Position numbers and translations under genes: made by a program. The notes beneath the pieces were generated by a model. That model was not told where the DNA came from. It ran no database searches and saw nothing but the letters and a program-made list of their open reading frames with translations. This document shows, in pieces, positions 8,879 through 20,393 of a stretch of 64,000 bases of DNA. This DNA is from Bdellovibrionota bacterium. GTDB lineage: Bacteria > Bdellovibrionota_C > UBA2361 > JBIKWN01. The DNA is taken from assembly GCA_044356295.1 (NCBI GenBank), contig JBIKWN010000001.1, forward strand, positions 96,001 through 160,000, in the 5' to 3' direction. How positions within the stretch are numbered: the stretch's first letter is position 1; each line of letters begins with the position of its first letter.

Positions 8879-10042
8879 ATGAAGTTCACTCTCAGTAACA
8901 CTGATCTTTTCAAAGCATTAAATCTAATCGGAAATATTGTTGAAAAAAAAGCAACAATGCCTATTTTGGCAAACGTTTTAATTTCTGCAGAAGAAGGCAA
9001 AGTTTTCTTTTCAGGATCAGAGCTTGATATCACTGCGCAAACTCAAGTTCCTGCAAAAGTAAAACAAAGAGGAAGTACAACAGTAAACGCAAAGATGTTC
9101 TTAGAGGTCGTACGTGAGCTTCCAGAAGGAGATGTTGAGCTTACCCTAACACCAGGTGAGAGATTAGAAATAAAAGCAAGGAATTCGAATTTGACGCTCG
9201 TAGGGGTAAGTGCACAAGAGTACCCAAGTCTTGCAGGATTAAGTTTAACTCCGAAGGATTCAATATCATCATCTGTTCTACTAGAAATGATTGAATCAAC
9301 CCTCTATGCAGTTTCAACAGATGAGACAAGATTTAACTTAGGAGGAGTTTGTTTTGAATCAGTTCAAACAGGAGACACAGTTTCAGGTCCAAAAATTGTT
9401 AGAGGAAAAAAAGATTCTAAAACAAGTACGCTCCGACTTGTTTCAACTGATGGCCACCGACTTGCATTAATTACTCGAGAAGTAGAGGGACTATCTTTTT
9501 CAGGAAGAGTAATAGCACCAAGAAAAGGACTACAAGAACTTAAAAAAGTTCTCGAGGATAACAAAGATACAAATATTCTATTCGGAATATCAGAAGGATT
9601 TCTTGTTGTAGAATCTCCAACATCAAAACTTACCATGCGCCTCATTGACGGAGAATTTCCAGATTACACTCGAGCACTTCCAGAAAAAGAAGGAACAAGA
9701 ATTACTGTTGATTCTAAAGAACTATCGTCAGCTTTAAGAAGAGTTGCCCTCTTAGTTTCAGATAAACAAAAATGTGTAAAATTTGATATTCAAAAAGATA
9801 TGCTTCACATGTCTAGCTCTTCACCTGAGTTAGGAGAAGCGTTTGTATCACTTCCAATAGAACATAAAGGAAACCCTTTTGTCGTCGGTTTTGATTCAAG
9901 ATTTATCCGTGATATTAGCGATAATATTGGGGAATCTAAGGGTTTTGTTATGGAACTAAATGGAGAAACAGGCCCTGGAAAATTCTATGTGCAAGGTGAT
10001 GAATCTTCTTTTGGCGTTGTAATGCCAATGAGAATTGTTTAG
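8879..10042 (+). CDS. dnaN: DNA polymerase III beta clamp
   Basis: MPILANVLI, STDGHRL, RLIDGEFPDY, VVMPMRI; follows dnaA. Confidence 0.97.
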   Translation: MKFTLSNTDLFKALNLIGNIVEKKATMPILANVLISAEEGKVFFSGSELDITAQTQVPAKVKQRGSTTVNAKMFLEVVRELPEGDVELTLTPGERLEIKARNSNLTLVGVSAQEYPSLAGLSLTPKDSISSSVLLEMIESTLYAVSTDETRFNLGGVCFESVQTGDTVSGPKIVRGKKDSKTSTLRLVSTDGHRLALITREVEGLSFSGRVIAPRKGLQELKKVLEDNKDTNILFGISEGFLVVESPTSKLTMRLIDGEFPDYTRALPEKEGTRITVDSKELSSALRRVALLVSDKQKCVKFDIQKDMLHMSSSSPELGEAFVSLPIEHKGNPFVVGFDSRFIRDISDNIGESKGFVMELNGETGPGKFYVQGDESSFGVVMPMRIV

Positions 10043-10059
10043 AAAAAAATAGCACGAGA

Positions 10060-11145
10060 GTGATTCTTTCAGAAATTTCACTTTTTCAATTTAGAAACTC
10101 TTGTGACTCCTCTGTTCAATTTTCACCGAAGCTAAATATCGTTGTTGGAAAAAACGGACAGGGAAAAACAAACCTTGTTGAAGCAATTCACCTTCTATCT
10201 ACTTCAAAATCGTTTCGCACTTCTCGAACAAGAGAATTAATTGCGTGGGGACAAAAAGAAGCATCTGTTTTTGGAAACCTCATTACGAGAGCAGGAGATA
10301 TTCGACTTGGAGTCATACTTTCTTCCGCTTCTAAAATGTTAATGATTAATGGCACAGCTGAAAAAGCAACTCAATTCATTAGTACTTTTGTAAGCATTAC
10401 ATTTAGCCCTGCAGATATTGAAATCATTAAAGGTGAAGCAGCAGTTAGAAGACAGTTTTTAGATAAACATTTAGCAGATATTTTTCCTCAATCAATACCG
10501 AACCTTTTAAACTATGTAAGAGCTCAAAAAAATAAAGTGGCGCTTCTTAAAAGCGGAGCAACTCCCGAAAGTATTCGTCCATGGAACGAGATAATGGCTG
10601 TTCATGGATTTGAGATAGATAACTATCGCCGGAAAGTAATCAGTGAACTTTCAAACAGAGCAGCAATTCATCACCAAAAATTTGCTCATGCAGATGGAGA
10701 ACTCACCTTAACATTAGAAAGAAAAAGTGATGGACTGTTCGAAAAGGTTGACGATTTTAGAGAGCTTTTTGAAAAAAATATTGAAAAAGAAATTTCCAGC
10801 GAGCGCTCCTTAGTGGGACCTCACCGTGATGATATTGAATTTTTATATAATGGAATCTCTGCAAGAAAATTTGGCTCCCAAGGACAATCAAAATCAATAG
10901 CGATTGCGCTTAAACTTGGACTTATCGATTTAATAAATGAACATCGAAAAGAACCACCGGTGGTCATTCTTGATGATGTTGACTCTGAGCTTGATGAGAA
11001 TCGGCTTGAAAAACTCTATCAACTTCTCTTAAGCGGAGAGTATCAAGTTTTTATTACTGGAACCTCTGAAAATAGGGCTTTGGAGGCTGCCCCAGAGAGC
11101 TGCAAACGATTTCAGATTGATCAAGGAAAAATTACTGAAAAATAG
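10060..11145 (+). CDS. recF: DNA replication/repair protein RecF
   Basis: GKNGQGKTN, GPHRDD, SQGQ, ILDDVDSELD. Confidence 0.95.
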   Translation: MILSEISLFQFRNSCDSSVQFSPKLNIVVGKNGQGKTNLVEAIHLLSTSKSFRTSRTRELIAWGQKEASVFGNLITRAGDIRLGVILSSASKMLMINGTAEKATQFISTFVSITFSPADIEIIKGEAAVRRQFLDKHLADIFPQSIPNLLNYVRAQKNKVALLKSGATPESIRPWNEIMAVHGFEIDNYRRKVISELSNRAAIHHQKFAHADGELTLTLERKSDGLFEKVDDFRELFEKNIEKEISSERSLVGPHRDDIEFLYNGISARKFGSQGQSKSIAIALKLGLIDLINEHRKEPPVVILDDVDSELDENRLEKLYQLLLSGEYQVFITGTSENRALEAAPESCKRFQIDQGKITEK

Positions 11146-11146
11146 T

Positions 11147-11159
11147 AATCAACTTATTG
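11147..11159 (+). promoter_or_regulatory. IHF-like site upstream of gyrB
   Basis: AATCAACTTATTG matches WATCAANNNNTTR. Confidence 0.35.
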
Positions 11160-11234
11160 AAAAGACAAGATTTTCAGAAAGAAAGACGCTTTTTTAAAAG
11201 AGCAAAAAAAGCTATAATCGGTCGATTTATTTAA

Positions 11235-13703
<2,469 letters not shown>

Positions 13704-13819
13704 CAGTTTTGATTAAATTATTAACAACTTCAGGCAGTTTGGAGTGTTTTAATTCAGCATAAAGTTATAGTTTCTGTGACCCATTTAATTTTTTTATCAT
13801 CTGTGGCAATATTGGGCTT

Positions 13820-13927
13820 ATGGCATCACTAGCGAAAAAGACAAAAAAGAAAAGACAACTTAGAGACGATAAAATTCTTAAAAATCGTTTAAAGAATAGT
13901 AATAAGAAAAATCAAAGTAAGAAGTAA
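13820..13927 (+). CDS. Small, very basic 35 aa protein MASLAKKTKKKRQLRDDKILKNRLKNSNKKNQSKK
   Basis: Clean ATG-TAA ORF in gyrB-glmU intergenic region followed by hairpin 13932-13955. Confidence 0.55.
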   Translation: MASLAKKTKKKRQLRDDKILKNRLKNSNKKNQSKK

Positions 13928-14045
13928 TTCTTTACTTAACTTTGAATATAAGTAACTAAGTCGTAGCACTGAGCGCAATGTTTGGGGTGGTACTCCCTTA
14001 TGAACGTTTTAAAAAGCGTTGCGTTAGGGTGTATTTAAATTGAAA

Positions 14046-15467
14046 TTATCCCTTCTTTGCAGCACCTCTTTTTTTTGTAGTCCAACCTTTTATCTCTTTT
14101 TGTTCAGCGCGAGTTACTGCAAGGGATCCTTCGCTTACATCTTTTGTGATAACAGAGCCTGCGCCAATGGTTGTATCTGATTCAATCGTAACAGGGGCTA
14201 CCAGGCTTGAATTACTTCCGATAAAAACTCTTTCACCTATAATTGTTTTTGATTTTTTAATACCATCATAATTACAGGTAATCGTTCCAGCGCCTACGTT
14301 AGTATCCTTGCCAATAGTTGTGTCACCGATATAGCTTAAATGATTTACCTTTACCCCTGTTTCAAGAATTGATTTTTTTGTTTCAACGAAATTACCAATT
14401 CGCACATCTTTCCGAAGCACAGTTTCAGGACGAATGTTAGCAAAAGGTCCAACACTTACTGATTCTTCAAGAATACTTCCTTCAATCCTACTTCCTAGTT
14501 TTAGCGTGCAGTTATCACCAATGATACTGTCGATAATTAATGCAGTCCCTTCAATAGTGACGTTTGAACCAATTTTCGTGTTTCCTTTAATTTGAATATT
14601 TGAACCAAGCTTTGACCTGGTTCCAACGGTAACTGATGGTTCTATATAAACTGAAGAGGGATCTAAGCAGGTTACACCTTCAGCGATAAGTTTTTTCAGA
14701 TGTTCATTCATAATTATTCTGTTTACGATTTGTAGATCTAAAAGATTATTAACTCCCATAACGTGATCAAACGTTGGAGCTATATACCCAAAAATAGTTT
14801 GATGAGCTGCTGATGCAAGCTCAACCAAGTCGGTTAGATAGTATTCATTCTGAGAGTTATTGCTGCCTATCTTGTAGATCAGATCATTTAAAAGATTTTT
14901 TGAAATAAGATAAATTCCAGAGTTAACCTCTTGGATTTTCTTCTCAAGATCCGAGCAATCTTTTACTTCAACAATTTTACTAATATTTGATGTACTGTCT
15001 CTTACGATTCGGCCAAATGAGTTTTCCTTTGGTTCATTGACTGTAATCAAAGAAAGCGAAGCATTTTGAGACTTGTGAGAGATTAAAAAGTTCTTAAGGA
15101 GTGAAGCTTCAAGAAGTGGCGTATCACCGTATAAGATTAAAACATCTGAATTTTGGGGAATTGATTGAAATGATGCTTCATCAGCCACTACTTTCACAGC
15201 ATGACCTGTACCGAGCTGTTCTGATTGATGAACAAAATGAAGTTTTTTTAGATGAGGCTCAAATACTGTTTTTACGTGCTTTTCTACAAACTCTTTTTTG
15301 TAACCTGTAACAATAAATATGCTGTCAGGGTTAAGATCTAATGCGTGTCGAAGAACGACATCTATCATAGCCCCTGCAACAGTTTCACAAAGGACTTTCG
15401 GAAGCTCGGTCTTCATCCGAGTGCCTTTTCCGGCAGCTAAAATGATAATAGCAAGATTAGAACACAT
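14046..15467 (-). CDS. glmU: Bifunctional UDP-GlcNAc pyrophosphorylase/glucosamine-1-P acetyltransferase
   Basis: LAAGKGTRMK, QLGTGHA, EYYLTD, hexapeptide repeats, NYDG. Confidence 0.97.
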   Translation of the reverse strand: MCSNLAIIILAAGKGTRMKTELPKVLCETVAGAMIDVVLRHALDLNPDSIFIVTGYKKEFVEKHVKTVFEPHLKKLHFVHQSEQLGTGHAVKVVADEASFQSIPQNSDVLILYGDTPLLEASLLKNFLISHKSQNASLSLITVNEPKENSFGRIVRDSTSNISKIVEVKDCSDLEKKIQEVNSGIYLISKNLLNDLIYKIGSNNSQNEYYLTDLVELASAAHQTIFGYIAPTFDHVMGVNNLLDLQIVNRIIMNEHLKKLIAEGVTCLDPSSVYIEPSVTVGTRSKLGSNIQIKGNTKIGSNVTIEGTALIIDSIIGDNCTLKLGSRIEGSILEESVSVGPFANIRPETVLRKDVRIGNFVETKKSILETGVKVNHLSYIGDTTIGKDTNVGAGTITCNYDGIKKSKTIIGERVFIGSNSSLVAPVTIESDTTIGAGSVITKDVSEGSLAVTRAEQKEIKGWTTKKRGAAKKG

Positions 15468-15676
15468 ATCTGAAATATAATAATCTTACTTATGCATTTT
15501 CGCTACGTTATCTGAAGTATTTCAAAACAAATAAATAAGCAATTTAGGCATCGAATTTGTCAGGCACTTACAGCCGACGTTAACTACAAAAAACAATGCA
15601 CAATTGTTACAGGTGCTCATCGATACTGAGATCAATTAGAGCAATTAGCTTCCTTAATAGCACTTGCAATGACATT

Positions 15677-16636
15677 CTAGCCTCTAAGAGCTTCATAGCC
15701 AATATGTAGTGCAGTATATGTCGTATTAAGTGCAGGAGTTGAAATTCCCATGCGAGCTGCAATTTTTACAATTGTGCCATGAAGTGCTTCCAATTCAGTC
15801 GGGTTACCTCTATCGATATCGACTGCCATTGATGATTTTGAATTTACCCCAACTGTTTTGTATGCAATTGCTTTATCCATTGCCGCTTTTTTTTCTGAGT
15901 CGCCTAGTGGTATTTTCATTGCGTTTGCAACGGCAATTGTTTCATCTAAAAGGTCTTCAAAACATTGTATTCCAATAGGATCGTTAACAATTTCACCGAC
16001 CGGGCGTCTTGTTAATGCTGTAACTCCGGCAAACGCTAAAATCCATGCGTATTTTGTCCAAAGATCTTTCTCAATTGTATCACTTAGGAAGGTATCAAGG
16101 CCTGCATCTTTCATTACCAGGACAAGGGGGCTAAGAAGTTCCGCCTCTCTTGAATCACGCGTTCCAACGATAAATTTTCTTGGGCCGGCTGTTTGAGTAA
16201 TAAATCCGCCTTCATTTTTAGCTGTAATGATATACGCAATTCCTGGAAAAACATCGGCATTAGGAAACTTGTTTTTTATACGAAGATCATTATCGATCCC
16301 ATTTTGAAATGTAACGACCTTTGCCGTACTCATCAGAGATGAAGGCAAACGCTCTGCAAAACCGACGATGTCGTATGCTTTTGTTGTGACCAGAATGTAA
16401 TCAACATCAGCTAACTCTGAAACCGAAGAAACTGCCTTTACCTTTGGAAGGATTATTTTTCTTTCGACTGTCTGAACAACTAGACCTGATGTCCTCAATG
16501 TTTCAAAATTACTACGTGCAACAAACGTAATATCAAGTCCCGCCTCTGCAAGATGTGCCCCTAGAAATCCACCAACTCCACCAACCCCAACCACTGCAAA
16601 TCGAAGATTATTTTTCTCAATTTTGGTTTGAACCAT
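15677..16636 (-). CDS. panE: 2-dehydropantoate 2-reductase (PanE/ApbA family)
   Basis: GVGGVGG, TTKAYD, QNG, WTK, SSMAVD..TELEALHG. Confidence 0.85.
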   Translation of the reverse strand: MVQTKIEKNNLRFAVVGVGGVGGFLGAHLAEAGLDITFVARSNFETLRTSGLVVQTVERKIILPKVKAVSSVSELADVDYILVTTKAYDIVGFAERLPSSLMSTAKVVTFQNGIDNDLRIKNKFPNADVFPGIAYIITAKNEGGFITQTAGPRKFIVGTRDSREAELLSPLVLVMKDAGLDTFLSDTIEKDLWTKYAWILAFAGVTALTRRPVGEIVNDPIGIQCFEDLLDETIAVANAMKIPLGDSEKKAAMDKAIAYKTVGVNSKSSMAVDIDRGNPTELEALHGTIVKIAARMGISTPALNTTYTALHIGYEALRG

Positions 16637-16744
16637 ATAGGGACTATATTTAGTTTAAAACTCCTAATCAAAGAATATTGTTAACTTTGGAAGGGAGGTG
16701 TGTATCAAACCTGGAAGATTACCAGTATTCATCGATTAAATGTT

Positions 16745-16917
16745 TTTTTTACAAGCTCTTCAACAAGATCGTTTTTATAACCGGTAACAATAAAAAAAGG
16801 GTACTGTTAGGACTGAGCCCTAAAGCGTGTCCAATAAGGACATCTATCATAGCCCCTGCAACAGTTTCACAAAGGACGTTAGGCAGCTAAAATAATAATA
16901 GAAAGGTTGGAACCCAT
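16745..16917 (-). pseudogene. glmU: Decayed 5' fragment of a second glmU allele
   Basis: 39 bp identical to glmU 15357-15395 at 16839-16877; translates MGSNLSIIILAA/VLCETVAGAMIDVLIGHALGLSPNS/FIVTGYKN with a deletion and frameshifts. Confidence 0.85.
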
Positions 16918-16975
16918 GGGTAACTCATGATAAACATAGTCTCGCTTTTTCGCTACGTAAACTAAGGTAATTTCT

Positions 16976-18205
16976 ATGGCAAAAATTAAGGTAAAAACTC
17001 CAGTTGTTGAACTAGATGGAGATGAGATGACACGAGTCATCTGGGCTAAGATTAAAAATGAGCTGATTCTTCCTTACCTTGATATTGATCTGAAGTATTT
17101 TGACCTCTCAATTCAGCACCGCGATGAAACTTCAGATAAGGTAACTGTGGAATCAGCAGAAGCGATAAAAAAATACGGAGTTGGGATAAAATGTGCCACG
17201 ATTACTCCGGATGAAGACCGGGTTAAAGAATTTTCACTTAAAAAAATGTGGAAATCACCAAATGGAACTATCAGAAATATTATTGGTGGAACTGTTTTTC
17301 GTGAACCAATTATCTGTCAAAACGTACCAAGACTTGTTTCTGGTTGGAAAGAGCCAGTAGTAATTGGGCGTCACGCATTCGGTGATCAATACCGTGCAAC
17401 TGATTTCTTAGTTCCTGGAAAGGGTAAGCTTACTATGAAGTTTACTCCAGCTGATGGATCTGCTCCTATTGAACACGAAATATATTCTTTTGAAGAATCT
17501 GGTATGGCAATGGGGATGTTTAATGTTGATTCCTCAATTATTGGTTTTGCACGAAGCTGTTTAAATTATGGTTTACTCAAAAAATGGCCAGTATACCTTT
17601 CAACTAAGAATACAATTCTTAAAGCATACGATGGTCGGTTTAAGGATCTGTTCCAGAAAGTTTACGAAGAAGAATTTAAGGCAAAGTTTGATGCTGCAGG
17701 AATCTGGTATCAGCACCGTTTAATTGATGACATGGTTGCATACTGCATGAAGAGTAGTGGTGGTTTTGTTTGGGCATGTAAAAATTATGATGGTGATGTT
17801 CAATCTGATTCGGTGGCACAAGGATACGGATCTCTTGGTTTGATGACATCTGTTCTTCTTACAGAAGACGGAAATACTGTAGAAACTGAGGCAGCACACG
17901 GAACAGTAACAAGGCATTTTAGACAGCATCAGCAAGGAAAAGAGACTTCTACGAATCCTATTGCTTCAATATTTGCTTGGACAAAGGGGCTTGAATACCG
18001 AGCTCGATTTGATAATACTCCGGATGTTGCAGAGTTTGCAGCTGCGCTTGAAAAGGCGTGTATTGCAACTGTTGAAAGTGGAACTATGACTAAGGATCTA
18101 GCGCTTTGTGTCCATGGGGAAAGTGTTGATAGATCTCAGTATGTGACTACGGACTGGTTTATGAGTGCTATAGGTCAGAATCTTAGTAGTATTCTAAAAA
18201 AATAA
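16976..18205 (+). CDS. icd: NADP-dependent isocitrate dehydrogenase (eukaryote-like type II)
   Basis: [48 protein letters not shown]. Confidence 0.97.
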   Translation: MAKIKVKTPVVELDGDEMTRVIWAKIKNELILPYLDIDLKYFDLSIQHRDETSDKVTVESAEAIKKYGVGIKCATITPDEDRVKEFSLKKMWKSPNGTIRNIIGGTVFREPIICQNVPRLVSGWKEPVVIGRHAFGDQYRATDFLVPGKGKLTMKFTPADGSAPIEHEIYSFEESGMAMGMFNVDSSIIGFARSCLNYGLLKKWPVYLSTKNTILKAYDGRFKDLFQKVYEEEFKAKFDAAGIWYQHRLIDDMVAYCMKSSGGFVWACKNYDGDVQSDSVAQGYGSLGLMTSVLLTEDGNTVETEAAHGTVTRHFRQHQQGKETSTNPIASIFAWTKGLEYRARFDNTPDVAEFAAALEKACIATVESGTMTKDLALCVHGESVDRSQYVTTDWFMSAIGQNLSSILKK

Positions 18206-18242
18206 ATAATAATCTCACTTGGAAGTTCAACAGGATTTAAAT

Positions 18243-20393
18243 TTAATAAATACTTTTACAATCGGTCAGGATGTTGTCTTCACTTGAAGAAGATTTAAGT
18301 TTAATAGTAACAAATGGAACTGTCTTCAAAGCTTTAGGAAGGGTGAATAGCACACCGTTATCTTTAACTACTGTTGGTATATTTTCTAAGGTATGAGCCA
18401 GTATTGCACTTATTGAAGAATCTGGTTGAAGTGGGCTAGCAAAATTACAAGTCACCATTTTTACATTTGATTGCACAATGAGTGAGCTTAATTCAGAGTT
18501 GGAAATCTTTATACGAGGATGAAAGCTAAATTGAAAACTTCCATCCTCAAGCTCGACTTTATTAGTTAGAAAATCTTTGTAGAGATTAAGATTATCAGTT
18601 GAAAAAAGTTTGGAGTTCGATGAATAACTTGAGGTTACTAGGATGGTGTTAAGATCAATTATCTCAGAAAGAGTCCTTAAGGACTTTTCGTCAGGAAAGC
18701 TTGAAAGCTTTTGAGGCAGCTCTTTTACAAGACGAGTTTTTATTCCTGTAAACCCATTTATACTTTTTAAGTTATTTTCAACAGACCAAAGTAAGAATTG
18801 ATTCTGCATTGTCGCAAAATTAAAGAAGCTTTTAATTCCACCATCTTCTGATTGAGTGTCTCCATATGGAATTAATACTCCAAGAGCACTACTTTTGGAT
18901 TGATTGGAAGAGATATTTCTTGCCGAGAGAATATTTGAGCTCGGCTCAAATGGAAAAACGGCTGAAATATTTTCTAAAAAAATAAAACAACAACAAAGGC
19001 AGCAGATTAAAATTTTCTCTCTCTTAGCTTGGAAAATTGCAAGCCAATAAAATGCAATAAGTGAAAAGAGGTATATAGAAACAATACCAGCTCTGCTAAT
19101 CGCTCTAAATCCCGAAAAACCAGGTATAAAATTATATAAGAAATAGTATGGTGAATAAGAAGCAATATCAGGACGGCTGATAGGTCCAAATGAAATAGCC
19201 ATAAAAATAAAGGCGAGGGAAGAAAATAATAAAATAAGTTCTTGATTTGAAATAATAGTTATTTGGTCAGTTTTTTTTACTATTTTAACTACTACCAATC
19301 CCAATAAAATAAGCGAAATCAACGTTAGCCAGGAAAGAGTAGAATTAAGAATCCAATAAAAATCAGGAATCAGTGTACTTGCTATAAAGAGCGATAGAAA
19401 AACAGTAAAAATATATTTGTATTTAATAATTTTTTTGTGAGTTGCAGAGCAGTAAAAAGAAATCAGCGCTAGTAAAGGAATGAAAATTCCAGTGCCAAGA
19501 CTTGCCTCAGAGTGTGAAAGATTAAATATTTTTGAGTAGAGAAAATTAAAAGATCCAAAAGATAAAAAAGATGCAATTGTTGCTTGAAAAGCGTGAGGTT
19601 CCCAATACCCGCGGTCTCCAAATGCTTTCAGTACATCTAGATAAGGTAATAAAAACGGAAGGGAAGGGGATAGTCCAAAAAGAAAAGTTACTACAAATCG
19701 AGAAATGAAAATTACCTTATTATCTGAATGAAATCGGACTGCCCACCAAAGAGACATCAGAACAAAAAGTATCCCTGAAAAAAATGTAAGGTAGATTGAA
19801 CATAAAAAACTACAAAATAGAGATATCCCAATTAGAAATGGATAAAGAAGTCGTTCTTCCGACACCCACTTTAAAAATAGATAGATAACCAGCGGAACAA
19901 TCCAAACATGGAGCATTTGAGGATGTCCAAAATGAGCCTGTATTGGAGCAAGTTGTGGTGTAAGAATTCCAAAAAAAATACTTAAATAAAAATTTTCAGT
20001 AAGACTGTAGAGCAGTAAAAAAGAAAAAAAACCAAGTAGCAGAAGAGCCACAATAAAAATAATATTCCAACAAAGAATTTTCCCTATTCCTATATTTTTT
20101 AAAAGAAAAAATGCAAAAGATGGAAGTATCCAATTATCTGAGAAGGCAAGACTTTGGGAGTATGGAAAGAATCCATTTGTTTCAAACCAAGTGCTTGGCG
20201 TAACTTGGTATGGAAACAGATTACAAAGCCAAATATAAATAGATGTATCTCCACCACTGCCTCCAAGATAATGAGTGGAACTTTGAATAATAATAGACGG
20301 GCTAAGTATTAGAAAGGCAACGAGAATACAGAAGAGAGCTACAGATTTCTGTCTAACTGTTAGTTGAGCAAGGGTGAGAACTGAAGCTTTCAT
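18243..20393 (-). CDS. Polytopic membrane protein, GT-C/YfhO-like glycosylation membrane protein
   Basis: Many TM segments; FFPYSQSLAFSD, PGFSGFRAISR, SINGFTG motifs. Confidence 0.6.
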   Translation of the reverse strand: MKASVLTLAQLTVRQKSVALFCILVAFLILSPSIIIQSSTHYLGGSGGDTSIYIWLCNLFPYQVTPSTWFETNGFFPYSQSLAFSDNWILPSFAFFLLKNIGIGKILCWNIIFIVALLLLGFFSFLLLYSLTENFYLSIFFGILTPQLAPIQAHFGHPQMLHVWIVPLVIYLFLKWVSEERLLYPFLIGISLFCSFLCSIYLTFFSGILFVLMSLWWAVRFHSDNKVIFISRFVVTFLFGLSPSLPFLLPYLDVLKAFGDRGYWEPHAFQATIASFLSFGSFNFLYSKIFNLSHSEASLGTGIFIPLLALISFYCSATHKKIIKYKYIFTVFLSLFIASTLIPDFYWILNSTLSWLTLISLILLGLVVVKIVKKTDQITIISNQELILLFSSLAFIFMAISFGPISRPDIASYSPYYFLYNFIPGFSGFRAISRAGIVSIYLFSLIAFYWLAIFQAKREKILICCLCCCFIFLENISAVFPFEPSSNILSARNISSNQSKSSALGVLIPYGDTQSEDGGIKSFFNFATMQNQFLLWSVENNLKSINGFTGIKTRLVKELPQKLSSFPDEKSLRTLSEIIDLNTILVTSSYSSNSKLFSTDNLNLYKDFLTNKVELEDGSFQFSFHPRIKISNSELSSLIVQSNVKMVTCNFASPLQPDSSISAILAHTLENIPTVVKDNGVLFTLPKALKTVPFVTIKLKSSSSEDNILTDCKSIY

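Noticed and set aside
16781..16787. Additional CCGGTAA copy
   Set aside because: Derived from the VTG codons of the glmU remnant; no adjacent DnaA box
16678..16890. 70 aa plus-strand ORF
   Set aside because: Antisense shadow of the glmU remnant
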